From a virus (taxonomy: Duplodnaviria > Heunggongvirae > Uroviricota > Caudoviricetes), in the IMG/VR virus record IMGVR_UViG_3300024348_000012: a stretch of DNA of 47,348 bases; one strand, 5' to 3'. Shown here one piece after another: positions 10,243 to 20,015 of this stretch. Position 1 is the first letter of the stretch. Every line of letters starts with the position of its first letter. Under the pieces are notes generated by a model. It ran no database searches. It saw only the letters and a list, made by a program, of their open reading frames with translations, and was not told where the DNA came from. The position numbers and the translations under genes are program-made.

Positions 10243-11219
10243 TGCCACTTTCAGGAACAGGTCCAATTAAGATGTCACAAATAAAAACAGAATTAGGTTC
10301 TACATCCAATTCACTGAGAGCATATTCAGCTGCGGCGGGTAAAAGTGCACCTGATGTTATGTCTGAATTTTTTGGATATAGTTCGGCTACCACTGCGGCA
10401 CCAACCACTGCGGCACCAACCACTGCGGCACCAACAACTGCTGCACCAACAACTGCTGCACCTACTACGGCTGCACCAACAACTGCTGCACCAACAACTA
10501 CAACAACTACAACAACTACATTAGGGCCTTGGACTGTTACAAGATTGAGTACGGTTAGTGCATATGAAGCATGTAATGGAACGGCTGATATGACAAGTAT
10601 ATCTGTTAGTGGTGGAACAAATATAACAAACGCATCTGTAATTACATTCCTATCACAAACTGGAACATTTGAAAGTTTAGTTGGTAATGGTGAATCATTC
10701 TGGATAAATCAAAAAGTTGGGCCAACGTTTTATAGTAGAAGATATACAAGAACGGCTATTAATCAAGGAACGGCTGCGGAAAGTGCAGTTGAGTGTGATG
10801 CACCTATTACTGAAGCACCTACTACGGCAGCACCTACAACTGCAGCACCTACTACGGCAGCACCTACTACGGCAGCACCTACTACGGCAGCACCAACAAC
10901 ATATACTGTTAATATTTGGGGTAGAAAAAGTGGCCCAGCCACCGTTTTATTGTATTATGGTGTAAACGATACTAGCTGTCCTGATGGTGGTACAACTTTA
11001 TCAACTACCGGTGCACTAAAACATACAATCCAAGTTGCATATGGTGGAGTAGTATATGTAAGATGTACAAACTCAACTGATGATGCTGTTGCATTCAATG
11101 CACAAATTGCAACAAATACATATGGAGTTGTAACCTGTCCTAATCCACATTATACCGCATTTACAATAACGGAAAACACAGATATATCCGTAATTGGTGA
11201 TGCTAGAACTTTATGTTAA
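10242..11219 (+). CDS. Tail-fibre-associated (tip/adhesin-like) protein with mucin-like TTAAP repeats
   Basis: N-terminus MPLSGTGPIKMSQIKTELG...MSEFFGYS resembles the short motif of proteins encoded after phage tail fibres; two TTAAP arrays separate Cys-containing beta domains; TAATG coupling to tail fibre. Confidence 0.7.
   Translation: MPLSGTGPIKMSQIKTELGSTSNSLRAYSAAAGKSAPDVMSEFFGYSSATTAAPTTAAPTTAAPTTAAPTTAAPTTAAPTTAAPTTTTTTTTTLGPWTVTRLSTVSAYEACNGTADMTSISVSGGTNITNASVITFLSQTGTFESLVGNGESFWINQKVGPTFYSRRYTRTAINQGTAAESAVECDAPITEAPTTAAPTTAAPTTAAPTTAAPTTAAPTTYTVNIWGRKSGPATVLLYYGVNDTSCPDGGTTLSTTGALKHTIQVAYGGVVYVRCTNSTDDAVAFNAQIATNTYGVVTCPNPHYTAFTITENTDISVIGDARTLC
10389..10520 (+). repeat. 15-bp coding tandem repeat (TTAAP)x7 followed by Thr x9
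   Basis: ACCACTGCGGCACCA-type units read directly in the sequence. Confidence 0.95.
10821..10895 (+). repeat. 15-bp coding tandem repeat (TTAAP)x5
   Basis: ACTACGGCAGCACCT-type units read directly in the sequence. Confidence 0.95.
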
Positions 11220-11237
11220 AAATAACAAAATAGTTAT

Positions 11238-12212
11238 ATGAAAAATTTAAGATTTATTTGTGCACAACCTTCCACTATGTATTACGCATGGCAGGTAGAA
11301 GTAATGATAAATAATTTTATAGAAATGGGTGTAAATCCAAATTTTATTGATGTTGTATCTACAAAAAAAAGTGGGTTTATATCCGATGAATGGTTAAAAC
11401 TATGTGAACATTTTAATAATGTAAGATTTTTCTTTTACGAAGATTTGAGGGAAAATAAAAATTATATTTCTTCTATAAGACCCAATATCTTAAAACAACA
11501 TTTTAAAAAAAATCCGTATCTTAAAGATGAAATTATATTTTATCATGATTGTGATATTTTATTAACAAAACCAATTGATGAATGGATATGTTGTGCAATG
11601 TATTCGGACGATAATTGGTATGGTTCGGATTGTCGTTGGTATATTGGTCACGATTATATATTATCAAAAGGAAATGATATACTTGCAAAAATGTGTGATA
11701 TCATAGGAATAAAAAAAGAAGTTATAAAAGAAAATGAACTTAATTCAATTGGTGCACAATATTTGATGAAAGGAATTACTCATTATTTTTGGGATAAAGT
11801 AGAAAAAGATTCAGAAATTTTATTTAAAGAAATTACAGAATTAAATGATGAAAAAATAATTGAAGATAGGAGAACAATGCCACCCGGTGAAGAAAGAACA
11901 CCATACCACCCATTGCAGATATGGTGTGCAGATATGTGGGCAGTTTTATGGAATGGTTGGAAGATGGGATATAAAACAATTCCAAGTTCAAAATTTAATT
12001 TTACTTGGGCAACTGGAACAAAAACAGAATTTGAAAAAAATAATATATTTCATAATGCCGGTATAGTTAATGGTGATATAAATAGATTTTACAAAGGTAA
12101 ATATACTGATAAACTTCCATATGGTGATGAATTAAACATTATAGAAGATAGTGCTAGTTTAGAATATTGGAAATATATACAATCGGTTGGTAAAAAAAGT
12201 GTTTTAATATAA
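11238..12212 (+). CDS. Peptide O-glycosyltransferase-like protein, GT-A fold, resembling plant HPAT (GT95) / peptidyl-serine galactosyltransferase (GT96)
   Basis: Five colinear motifs: YYAWQVEVM, YISSIRPNILKQH, FYHDCDILLTKP (DxD), IGAQYLM, IWCADMWAVLWNGWKMG, matching recalled HPAT motifs YNTWQCRVM, YVVLNRPWAFVQW, LMSEPDHIIVKP, IGNSPVI, GWVLEMYAY...HG. Confidence 0.7.
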   Translation: MKNLRFICAQPSTMYYAWQVEVMINNFIEMGVNPNFIDVVSTKKSGFISDEWLKLCEHFNNVRFFFYEDLRENKNYISSIRPNILKQHFKKNPYLKDEIIFYHDCDILLTKPIDEWICCAMYSDDNWYGSDCRWYIGHDYILSKGNDILAKMCDIIGIKKEVIKENELNSIGAQYLMKGITHYFWDKVEKDSEILFKEITELNDEKIIEDRRTMPPGEERTPYHPLQIWCADMWAVLWNGWKMGYKTIPSSKFNFTWATGTKTEFEKNNIFHNAGIVNGDINRFYKGKYTDKLPYGDELNIIEDSASLEYWKYIQSVGKKSVLI

Positions 12213-12220
12213 TTATTTTT

Positions 12221-13204
12221 ATGACAGTATTCATTACGACAGGTTACGGAAAAAATGTTATAGGTGGCGCAGACTTATGGTGCAATAACTTTATAGAAAA
12301 TGTTTTACCACTACTCAAAGAAGATTATAAAATAATCATTGATGGTAGACCTTTGATTAAAGAATTTGGTGCAATCTACACTTACGAAAACGAAAAAGAA
12401 GTTGATAGAATATTAAAAGAATGTGATAAGATTATTTTCTTACACCATTCTTATAAACCAAATCCAATTATTAAAAATTATTTACACAAAACCTATCTCA
12501 CATTTGTCCATGCTTTTATTCCTGATATGTTGGGATTAAATAATGATTATGAAAACATAATGACAAAAGTAGATTGGGTATGGCAAAAAAAAATATTAGA
12601 TAATTCCGACAATATAGTTTGGATTGGATATGAAGATGATACAATACACAAAGAATATCCAAAAACAAAAACTATTACAAATTATTATGAGTGGAAACAT
12701 AACAAACCATTTACAGGAATTGTAAGTAATAAAATTGGATATGCAGCAAGATGTGAAACCAGAAAGAATGCACATTATTTAGATTACATTCCGTCAATTA
12801 TATTTTCAAACAAATATGATTACAAAAGAATGTTAGAAGGTTCAAAAACCAATTCTGACTATCATAGATTTATAGAATTTGACTATCATTTTCATAACAA
12901 ATTTTTTGAAGGAAACTTTCAAATATTTCATGGATGTTATACAAAAGAACCATTTGGATATGCAATATTTGATGCAGTGGATAATGGTAAAGTTCCTATT
13001 ATACATACGGATTGGATGAAACATATTGATTACAAATATAGAGCAAATAGTAAAGGAGAATTTCATTCAAGATATTTAGAATTACAAGAAAATAGTTTTG
13101 AAGAAGTAAATAAAGAGTTTTGTAAATTAAGAGAAGGGTTAAATGAATACACTAACAGAAAAAAATGGGTTACACAAATATGCAGTTACTTAATGAAAAA
13201 TTAA
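12221..13204 (+). CDS. GT-B glycosyltransferase (GT4-like)
   Basis: N-terminal IGGADLW and C-terminal EPFGYAIFDAVDNGKVPII (variant of EPFGLVxLEAMAxGxPVI). Confidence 0.75.
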   Translation: MTVFITTGYGKNVIGGADLWCNNFIENVLPLLKEDYKIIIDGRPLIKEFGAIYTYENEKEVDRILKECDKIIFLHHSYKPNPIIKNYLHKTYLTFVHAFIPDMLGLNNDYENIMTKVDWVWQKKILDNSDNIVWIGYEDDTIHKEYPKTKTITNYYEWKHNKPFTGIVSNKIGYAARCETRKNAHYLDYIPSIIFSNKYDYKRMLEGSKTNSDYHRFIEFDYHFHNKFFEGNFQIFHGCYTKEPFGYAIFDAVDNGKVPIIHTDWMKHIDYKYRANSKGEFHSRYLELQENSFEEVNKEFCKLREGLNEYTNRKKWVTQICSYLMKN

Positions 13205-13938
13205 TAAAAGAATATCTTACCAATAATCATAAAATTAATGAAGATGGTAATGTTATTTTAGAACCTGTAAAGTATCGTTGGACACATGGTGCTACTGATT
13301 TACACTTAGGGGATGGCCTTTTGGTATACTCTTTCATTCAATTTATTAGAGCAAAGGTATGTGTCTGTATCGGGTCAGGAGGTGGATTTATACCTCGTCT
13401 TATGACACAAGCTAGAATGGATTTACATTCCCAAAATATATTTGAAGGAAACAATCAACCCGAATGGGGAGACATTGGAACTACTATTATTGTTGATGCT
13501 GCAAATGGTATTGGTGGATTTACTGATTGGACAGAAGAGAATAGTTTTTTAAGACAACATTTTTCTCCACAAGTTATTTTAGAAACATCAGAAAAAGCTT
13601 TTTATGATTATTTTGTAAGACAAGATATTAAAATAGACTACTTACACATTGACGGAGACCATTCATATGAGGGTGTTAAAAAAGATTTTGAATTATATTC
13701 TACAATTATGGCTGAAAATGGGATTATTACCATTCACGACATAGACCAAAATTATCATGATACATTTGTAGTAACTGAAAATGCCAAAGAAGATTTTGTT
13801 CCGTTTGATGGACCAGGCAAATTTATTAAAGAATTAGAAGAAGATAAAAAATGGAATTTGGTAAGTTTAAAAAATTTTCGTATGTTTGATAAAAAAGTTA
13901 CAAGCACTGGTTTAGCATTACTAACTAAAAAAGCTTAA
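13165..13938 (+). CDS. Class I SAM methyltransferase (Methyltransf_24-like, glycan O-methyltransferase type)
   Basis: VCIGSGGGF motif I, IDYLHIDGDHSYEGVKKDF, GIITIHD; true start may be ATG 13180. Confidence 0.82.
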   Translation: MGYTNMQLLNEKLIKEYLTNNHKINEDGNVILEPVKYRWTHGATDLHLGDGLLVYSFIQFIRAKVCVCIGSGGGFIPRLMTQARMDLHSQNIFEGNNQPEWGDIGTTIIVDAANGIGGFTDWTEENSFLRQHFSPQVILETSEKAFYDYFVRQDIKIDYLHIDGDHSYEGVKKDFELYSTIMAENGIITIHDIDQNYHDTFVVTENAKEDFVPFDGPGKFIKELEEDKKWNLVSLKNFRMFDKKVTSTGLALLTKKA

Positions 13939-13946
13939 ATAAAAGA

Positions 13947-14792
13947 ATGAATAAAAAAACTAGATTAGTTACAGTAACAGGTAGTAGAACTAACACTTTG
14001 TGGCATATGTTAAATCATTACAGACACATCGTAGATGAAATTTATGTTGTAGTTTATGAGTGGGAAGGAGTATCTACTTTAAAAGATGTGGGAGAAATTC
14101 TTGTAAATTTTCCAACTGCAAAGGTAGTAAGAGTTGCAAAAAAAGAAAAATTTAATTGGGAATATGTAACACAATTATATAATGAAACTAAATTAATGCA
14201 CCCGGATGACTGGTGGGTGGTTGCAGATGATGATGAACTTCACATATATCCAATGCCGTTACCATTTATGATTGAAGATTGTGAAGATAATGGGTGGGAT
14301 ATTGTTAGAGGAGGATTTATAGATAGAATTGGAGAAGGGGGTATTTTTCCTGAAATCAAACCATATAAAAATATATTTAAACAATTTCCATTAGCAGGAT
14401 TTTTTAGATACCCATTATCAGGAGCATGTCCAAATAAAGTATGTGTAATGAAAGGATATATAGAAATAACATCTGGCCAACATTATGCAAAAATAAATGG
14501 TGAAACATTATGGGGCCCGCAAATTGATAATAAAAATATTGCACCTGTTGATAAATATTACGTGCAAGTCCATCATTTTAAATGGGATAGTACCTGTGTG
14601 GAAAGAATTAAAGCAGTTGCTGATACTAAAAAGGAATATGCATTTTCAAAAGAATATTTAAAAATGTATCAAGCAATTAGAAGTAATAATTTTGAAATTG
14701 ATATAAATGATACAGAGTTTATGATTGAAAATATTGGTGAAAATGAATATACTCAATGGGTTGAACTTTTTCAAAAAATAACTTTAATATAA
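13947..14792 (+). CDS. GT-A glycosyltransferase (GT2/GT92-like)
   Basis: WWVVADDDEL DxD motif, late VHHFKW motif, N-terminal LWHMLNHY typical of the Glyco_tranf_2_4 group. Confidence 0.75.
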   Translation: MNKKTRLVTVTGSRTNTLWHMLNHYRHIVDEIYVVVYEWEGVSTLKDVGEILVNFPTAKVVRVAKKEKFNWEYVTQLYNETKLMHPDDWWVVADDDELHIYPMPLPFMIEDCEDNGWDIVRGGFIDRIGEGGIFPEIKPYKNIFKQFPLAGFFRYPLSGACPNKVCVMKGYIEITSGQHYAKINGETLWGPQIDNKNIAPVDKYYVQVHHFKWDSTCVERIKAVADTKKEYAFSKEYLKMYQAIRSNNFEIDINDTEFMIENIGENEYTQWVELFQKITLI

Positions 14793-14824
14793 TTTGGTAA
14801 TAATAAAAAAATACATTATATTTA
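14793..14824 (+). promoter_or_regulatory. Bacteroidota sigma70-type promoter
   Basis: TTTG (14793-14796), 20 nt, TATATTTA (14817-14824), in a 60-bp intergenic gap. Confidence 0.6.
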
Positions 14825-14852
14825 AATACTTAAACAATTAATAAGTTAAATT

Positions 14853-15062
14853 ATGGCTACAGCTAAAAAAACAGAAACAAACACACAACAAGACGATTTA
14901 CTTTTATTAGAACAAAGAAAAGTAAAAGCATTGGAAAAAATTGCAAATTCTATGGATGCGCTCACTATTTGGTTTGAAGAAATAGATAAAGAAGAGTGGA
15001 GTCAAAGAATACAATACTATTTATCAGAGTTTCATACAAAAGTCGTAAAAGATAGTGAATAA
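14853..15062 (+). CDS. Small helical hypothetical protein
   Basis: 69-aa ORF after a promoter, overlapping the next GTG start. Confidence 0.65.
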   Translation: MATAKKTETNTQQDDLLLLEQRKVKALEKIANSMDALTIWFEEIDKEEWSQRIQYYLSEFHTKVVKDSE

Positions 15063-16467
15063 AGTAGGAATTATAGTTCCGTACCGAAGTAGATATGACC
15101 ATATTCATATATTCAAAAAAGTAATTACTGCTTATCTAAAATCAAAAAATATAGATTATGAATTAATAATCGTTGAACAAGATGATGCCCTATTGTTTAA
15201 TAGAGGAATGTTGTTAAATATTGGATTTAAATATGCTAAAAAATTAAAATGTAATTATGTAGTTTTTCACGACGTTGATATGTTACCGGTTGATGTAGAT
15301 TATAGTTATTCCGACATACCTTTACATTTAGCTACAAATTTTATATCAGAAGAAGGTGAAAAAGAGAGAGTTATATTTGATACATATTTTGGTGGAGTAA
15401 CACTATTTCCTATGAAAGATTTTGAAGAAATTGATGGATATTCTAACAAATATTGGGGTTGGGGTTATGAAGACGACGACTTACTATTTAGATGCAAAGA
15501 AAAATTTATAAAATTAGATACTCTTAAAATTAAAAATTTAGGAAAAAAAGGTAAAGCATTAAAATTCAATGGAATAACTTCACATGTAAAATCTAATAAT
15601 GTATTGGATTTTAATTCTAGTTTTTCAATTTTTATTTCTTTTATGCCGGATGAGTTGGAATTAAATCATAAAAAGAAATCAGATGAATTTGCAGTATTTA
15701 GTATACCTGGATATGATTTTGCAATTTGTTATACTTCATTTCAAAGATACAATTTTTGTGCATTTGATAGTGAATTAAATGCATTATATGTAAACTCTAA
15801 TATAAAACCAAATTATAAAACAAATATGGTAATATCATTAGATGCTATGGATAAAATAATTAAAGTTTATCAAGACGGAGAATTTATTGGTGAAACAAAA
15901 CCTTATAAAAGATTATACAAATATAGAATGGAACCAAATTTTTATTTAGGAGTTGGTAAACCTGATAGAGAAATAATACCTAATTTTTTTAAAGGTTACA
16001 TTGATTCATTTGCTATTTATGATTCACAATTGTCTGATAGAGAAATAAAAGAAATATCAACAACAGATGCCGATTTAAGAACATTCAAATCAGGTTTAAA
16101 CTTAAAAACATATTATGATGCAAATCACATAAAACATTATAAATTAAAAGATTTATCTAAAAATGATAATGAAGGAGAGATAATTGGATGTGAGATTGTT
16201 GATTTAGATTGTGAAGATGAAATTGAAATAAAAATACCACATAGAAAAAAATCATTATTTCAATCACTTAAACATGAAGAAAATGGATTTTTGGGAAATA
16301 AATGGAAAAACGATGCAACAAGATGGAATCAATTAAGATTTCAAAATGAAGTGTATAGGCATGTATCTTTAATAAATAGAGACGGACTTTCTACGTTAAA
16401 ATATAAAACACATGGAATTGTTAGTGATAAAGAAAATAAAATAACACAAATAACAGTTGGGATATAA
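15055..16467 (+). CDS. GT7 (beta-1,4-galactosyltransferase-like) with an inserted LamG/ConA-like lectin domain
   Basis: IIVPYR, FNRGMLLNIGF, VFHDVDMLP, YFGGV, NKYWGWGYEDDDL; then LamG-like block (LKFNG, FYLGVG, FKGYIDSFAIYD); then GT7 tail SLKH...DGLSTLKY...ITQITVGI. Confidence 0.85.
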   Translation: MNKVGIIVPYRSRYDHIHIFKKVITAYLKSKNIDYELIIVEQDDALLFNRGMLLNIGFKYAKKLKCNYVVFHDVDMLPVDVDYSYSDIPLHLATNFISEEGEKERVIFDTYFGGVTLFPMKDFEEIDGYSNKYWGWGYEDDDLLFRCKEKFIKLDTLKIKNLGKKGKALKFNGITSHVKSNNVLDFNSSFSIFISFMPDELELNHKKKSDEFAVFSIPGYDFAICYTSFQRYNFCAFDSELNALYVNSNIKPNYKTNMVISLDAMDKIIKVYQDGEFIGETKPYKRLYKYRMEPNFYLGVGKPDREIIPNFFKGYIDSFAIYDSQLSDREIKEISTTDADLRTFKSGLNLKTYYDANHIKHYKLKDLSKNDNEGEIIGCEIVDLDCEDEIEIKIPHRKKSLFQSLKHEENGFLGNKWKNDATRWNQLRFQNEVYRHVSLINRDGLSTLKYKTHGIVSDKENKITQITVGI

Positions 16468-17873
16468 TGAAATTAGGAGTATGCGTACCATATAGAAATA
16501 GAGAAGAACATATGAATCAGTTTGTTCCTCATGTTACAAAATTCTTAGAAGAAAGAGGAATTGAACATACTATCTATCTTGCTCACCAGTGCGACGATAA
16601 ACTTTTTAATAGAGGTTTAATGAAGAACATTGCAGCTAAATACGCATTTGATGATGGGTGTGATTATATTGTATGGCACGATATTGATATGGTACCTGAA
16701 GATGAGAGTTGTGATTATTCATTTCCAAAAGACAATCCACAACATATCGCAGTTCGTATTTCACAATCGGATTATCAATTAAAATATGAAGAATACTTTG
16801 GTGGTGCTGTTTTATTTTCAAAAGAACAAGTAGAAAGAACCAATGGTTACTCAAATGACTATTGGGATTGGGGAATGGAAGATGATGATTTATTTTGGAG
16901 ATGTGTGATGGAGGGTTACGCAGAAAAAACAAATTTAGATTATGATAAAGAAATGTATGTATCATATTTTAATGGTATAAATTCTAAAATTCAATTTAGA
17001 CCCAGTAGAGAGCAAAGAGATTGTCTTTCTAATTCACATACGATTTCAGTTTTGGTAAAAGCTGACCAACAAATAGAAAAAGTTCCAATTTGGTTAATTG
17101 GAGATGAAGAAAGAAAGTTTGTAGAGTATCCCATATTTAGAAAACCAGGATACGATTGGGGATTATCTTTCAACAATAGTAGAGCATATACAATGCAACT
17201 TTGGGATAGGACTAAACAACATTTATACCAATGGATTAAAAGATATGAAAACCAATGGAGTTGGATTACAATGGCCGTAGATTCTGAAAATAATAAAATT
17301 CATTTTTATTTAAATGGTAGAGAAAGTGACGCAAGATTAGGTACTGGTACACAATCACCATTAAGTTTTTCAGAACCATTAAAGAAATATGGAATGGAAC
17401 CATTTAATGTTGGATATTCCAAATCACCTGTTGAAGAATTTTTTAAAGGCGGTATTGCTAGCATACAAATGTGGGATAGATGCTTAACATCCGATGAGAT
17501 AAAAAATCTACATAAAGAAATGCCTGAAGATAATTTGATATTAGATATATTCACTATGAATTTAGAATTTGGTGAAATGGAAAACATTGAATTAAAAAAA
17601 GAAAAAATAGAAATACCAAATACAATTTTACCTTATAGAAGAAATGGTAAATTTTTATGTCTACCACATCAAACGGAAGGATTGATTAATGTCGGTGGCA
17701 TAGATAAGTGGGCAAAGGGAGAAACAACTGCAAAAAACGAAAGAAGATATGTGTTACAGATGCAGCAAGGGAATATAGATTATAAAAATGACGGAATCAA
17801 TAGTATGAATTATGAATTTATTTCAATTGATACTATTTATAATAGACACAAAATGATAAATGTAAAAGTATAG
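16467..17873 (+). CDS. Second GT7 with inserted LamG/ConA-like domain
   Basis: VCVPYRNR, FNRGLMKN, VWHDIDMVP, YFGGAV, NDYWDWGMEDDDL; LamG block (YFNG, IHFYLNG, FKGGIASIQMWDRCLT); tail CLPH...DGINSMNY. Confidence 0.85.
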   Translation: MKLGVCVPYRNREEHMNQFVPHVTKFLEERGIEHTIYLAHQCDDKLFNRGLMKNIAAKYAFDDGCDYIVWHDIDMVPEDESCDYSFPKDNPQHIAVRISQSDYQLKYEEYFGGAVLFSKEQVERTNGYSNDYWDWGMEDDDLFWRCVMEGYAEKTNLDYDKEMYVSYFNGINSKIQFRPSREQRDCLSNSHTISVLVKADQQIEKVPIWLIGDEERKFVEYPIFRKPGYDWGLSFNNSRAYTMQLWDRTKQHLYQWIKRYENQWSWITMAVDSENNKIHFYLNGRESDARLGTGTQSPLSFSEPLKKYGMEPFNVGYSKSPVEEFFKGGIASIQMWDRCLTSDEIKNLHKEMPEDNLILDIFTMNLEFGEMENIELKKEKIEIPNTILPYRRNGKFLCLPHQTEGLINVGGIDKWAKGETTAKNERRYVLQMQQGNIDYKNDGINSMNYEFISIDTIYNRHKMINVKV

Positions 17874-17875
17874 TT

Positions 17876-19276
17876 ATGGCATATAAAAAACCTCTATATG
17901 AGGAAGTAAAAAATACATTAGATAATGTAGGAAAAGGAATGTGTTTAGCAAAATGGACACAAGTTACAACACATCTCCACACAGGACATAATCATAGTTG
18001 TCACCATCCAAACACACATAAAGTATCAGAAGCGGAGATTGCAAGAAATCCATCCGCACTTCATAATACTCTTTTCAAAAAACAAAAAAGAAAAGAAATG
18101 TTACAAGGTGCAAGACCTACCGAATGTGATTATTGTTGGAATGTTGAAGATAATTCTGATTTATATTCGGATAGAATATTTAAATCTTCCGAAGATTGGA
18201 GTTGGCCATTAGCAGACCAAATTATTAATTCAAATTGGAGAGACGATTTTAATCCACGTTATGTTGAGGTTGCATTTAGTAATGCTTGTAATTTTAAATG
18301 TTCATATTGTTCACCTACATTTTCTACACAATGGATGGAAGAAATTCAACAATATGGGGGATATGATACAACTGATAAATTTAACGACTTAAAACATTTG
18401 GCAGCTGAACAAAAGATGCCAATTCCACATAAAGATTATAATCCATATGTAGATGCATTTTGGAAATGGTGGCCGGATTTATATAGAGATTTACATACTT
18501 TTAGAATTACCGGTGGTGAACCTTTAATGTCAAAGGATACATGGAAGGTGTTAGATTATATAATTGATGAAAAAAATCCAAATAAAAATTTAGATTTTTC
18601 TATTAATTCTAACTTAGGTGTACCAGATGAATTGATTACAAAATTAATTGAAAAATTAAAAAGAATCACCGAAGAAGATAAGGTAAAAGGATTTGTATTA
18701 TTTACATCTTGTGATGCATGGGGTGCACAAGCTGAGTATATTAGACATGGTTTGGAGTTTTCTAGATTTTGGAATAATGTAAATAGAATCCTAAGAGAAG
18801 TTCCAAGAATTACAATTACATTTATGGTAACATATAATATGTTATCGGTATTTAGTTTTGATAAATTAATTAAAGGTGTATATGATTTGAAAAGAGAATA
18901 TGCAGGAGATGATAGATATTGGTTATCACCAGTATTATTAGATACATCTTATTTAAGGCATCCAAAACATCAAACTGTTCAAATACTTCCACATCAATTT
19001 AAACAAAATATTTTTGACCAAGCTCAACTTGCATTTTATTACGGAATTCCGTATTATTCAAAAGGATATGTTGGATATTCTGATTTGGAAATTCAAAAAT
19101 TAAAAAGAACATATGATTGGGCAATTTCTCCAATTAAAGATGATGAGTTACACAAAGCAAGATATAATTTTTATAAATTTTTTAGTGAACACGATAAAAG
19201 AAGAGGAACAAATTTTTGTAAAACTTATCCAGAATTAGAAGAATTTTATAATTTCACAAAAACAATTCAGTTATAA
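17876..19276 (+). CDS. Radical SAM protein with extra Cys-rich (SPASM/twitch-like) N-terminal region
   Basis: CNFKCSYC (CxxxCxxC), ITGGEPL, N-terminal CLAKW...SCHH...CDYCW. Confidence 0.88.
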   Translation: MAYKKPLYEEVKNTLDNVGKGMCLAKWTQVTTHLHTGHNHSCHHPNTHKVSEAEIARNPSALHNTLFKKQKRKEMLQGARPTECDYCWNVEDNSDLYSDRIFKSSEDWSWPLADQIINSNWRDDFNPRYVEVAFSNACNFKCSYCSPTFSTQWMEEIQQYGGYDTTDKFNDLKHLAAEQKMPIPHKDYNPYVDAFWKWWPDLYRDLHTFRITGGEPLMSKDTWKVLDYIIDEKNPNKNLDFSINSNLGVPDELITKLIEKLKRITEEDKVKGFVLFTSCDAWGAQAEYIRHGLEFSRFWNNVNRILREVPRITITFMVTYNMLSVFSFDKLIKGVYDLKREYAGDDRYWLSPVLLDTSYLRHPKHQTVQILPHQFKQNIFDQAQLAFYYGIPYYSKGYVGYSDLEIQKLKRTYDWAISPIKDDELHKARYNFYKFFSEHDKRRGTNFCKTYPELEEFYNFTKTIQL

Positions 19277-19277
19277 T

Positions 19278-20012
19278 ATGTACAAAGTAAAATATAAAGA
19301 ACCATTAATTTTAGCAGATTTACCATGGTGGCCCCACAACGCATATGGTATCATTGATACGGCTGCGTTTTATGTAATGAATGAATCTAGTTGGACAATA
19401 AGTGGAACTTGGAAAAAAACAGATGACGATTCTAAAATAGACGAAATGTCAGGTATTTTTATGAGAAGAGGATTGCATACTGGTATTGTATATAGAAAGC
19501 CGGATATGGTAATGTTGAATTTTTGGTACATTGAAAACGAAGAAGAAAAGTATGCAGATAAAATTATCTTTTATAAAGATGAATCATTTTGGAATGAACC
19601 ACATTTATTTACATTAAATTGGAATGGTGAAACTTTCACTTACGAATTTTGGGTAGACGATGAATTAGTATATTCCGAAACATTACCAGGTAAATTAAGA
19701 GATTATGTAAATGCACCATATTTTATAGGAGCAGCTGATACCAAAGGTGATTTTAGTTGGGCACAAGAATGTTATACCGATTTTTTTATAGTATCTAATA
19801 AAAAATTAGATGGTTCAGTAATAAACGATTTTAGAAAAAATATAGATTCATATGTTATCAAAAACAAACATGGATTTAGATGTTTAAATAAAAACGAATT
19901 AGGATTATTATGTTGTTTTGATTTTAAAACCGAAACAGATTATAAATTTTGGGATATGACCGGAAATAATAATCATTTAATGAAACATTGTAAAGATTTA
20001 GAAAAACTTTAA
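19278..20012 (+). CDS. Stand-alone LamG/ConA-like lectin-domain protein
   Basis: SWTISGTWK, FTLNWNG, FWVDDELV, YFIGA, FWDMTGNNNHL pattern similar to the GT7 inserts. Confidence 0.55.
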   Translation: MYKVKYKEPLILADLPWWPHNAYGIIDTAAFYVMNESSWTISGTWKKTDDDSKIDEMSGIFMRRGLHTGIVYRKPDMVMLNFWYIENEEEKYADKIIFYKDESFWNEPHLFTLNWNGETFTYEFWVDDELVYSETLPGKLRDYVNAPYFIGAADTKGDFSWAQECYTDFFIVSNKKLDGSVINDFRKNIDSYVIKNKHGFRCLNKNELGLLCCFDFKTETDYKFWDMTGNNNHLMKHCKDLEKL

Positions 20013-20015
20013 ATA

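Noticed and set aside
10389-10895. TTAAP repeats as a CRISPR array or non-coding satellite
   Set aside because: No unique spacers; 15-nt units are in frame and vary synonymously
4981-11219. Diversity-generating retroelement targeting the tail proteins
   Set aside because: No reverse transcriptase and no template/variable repeat pair differing at adenines seen in the window
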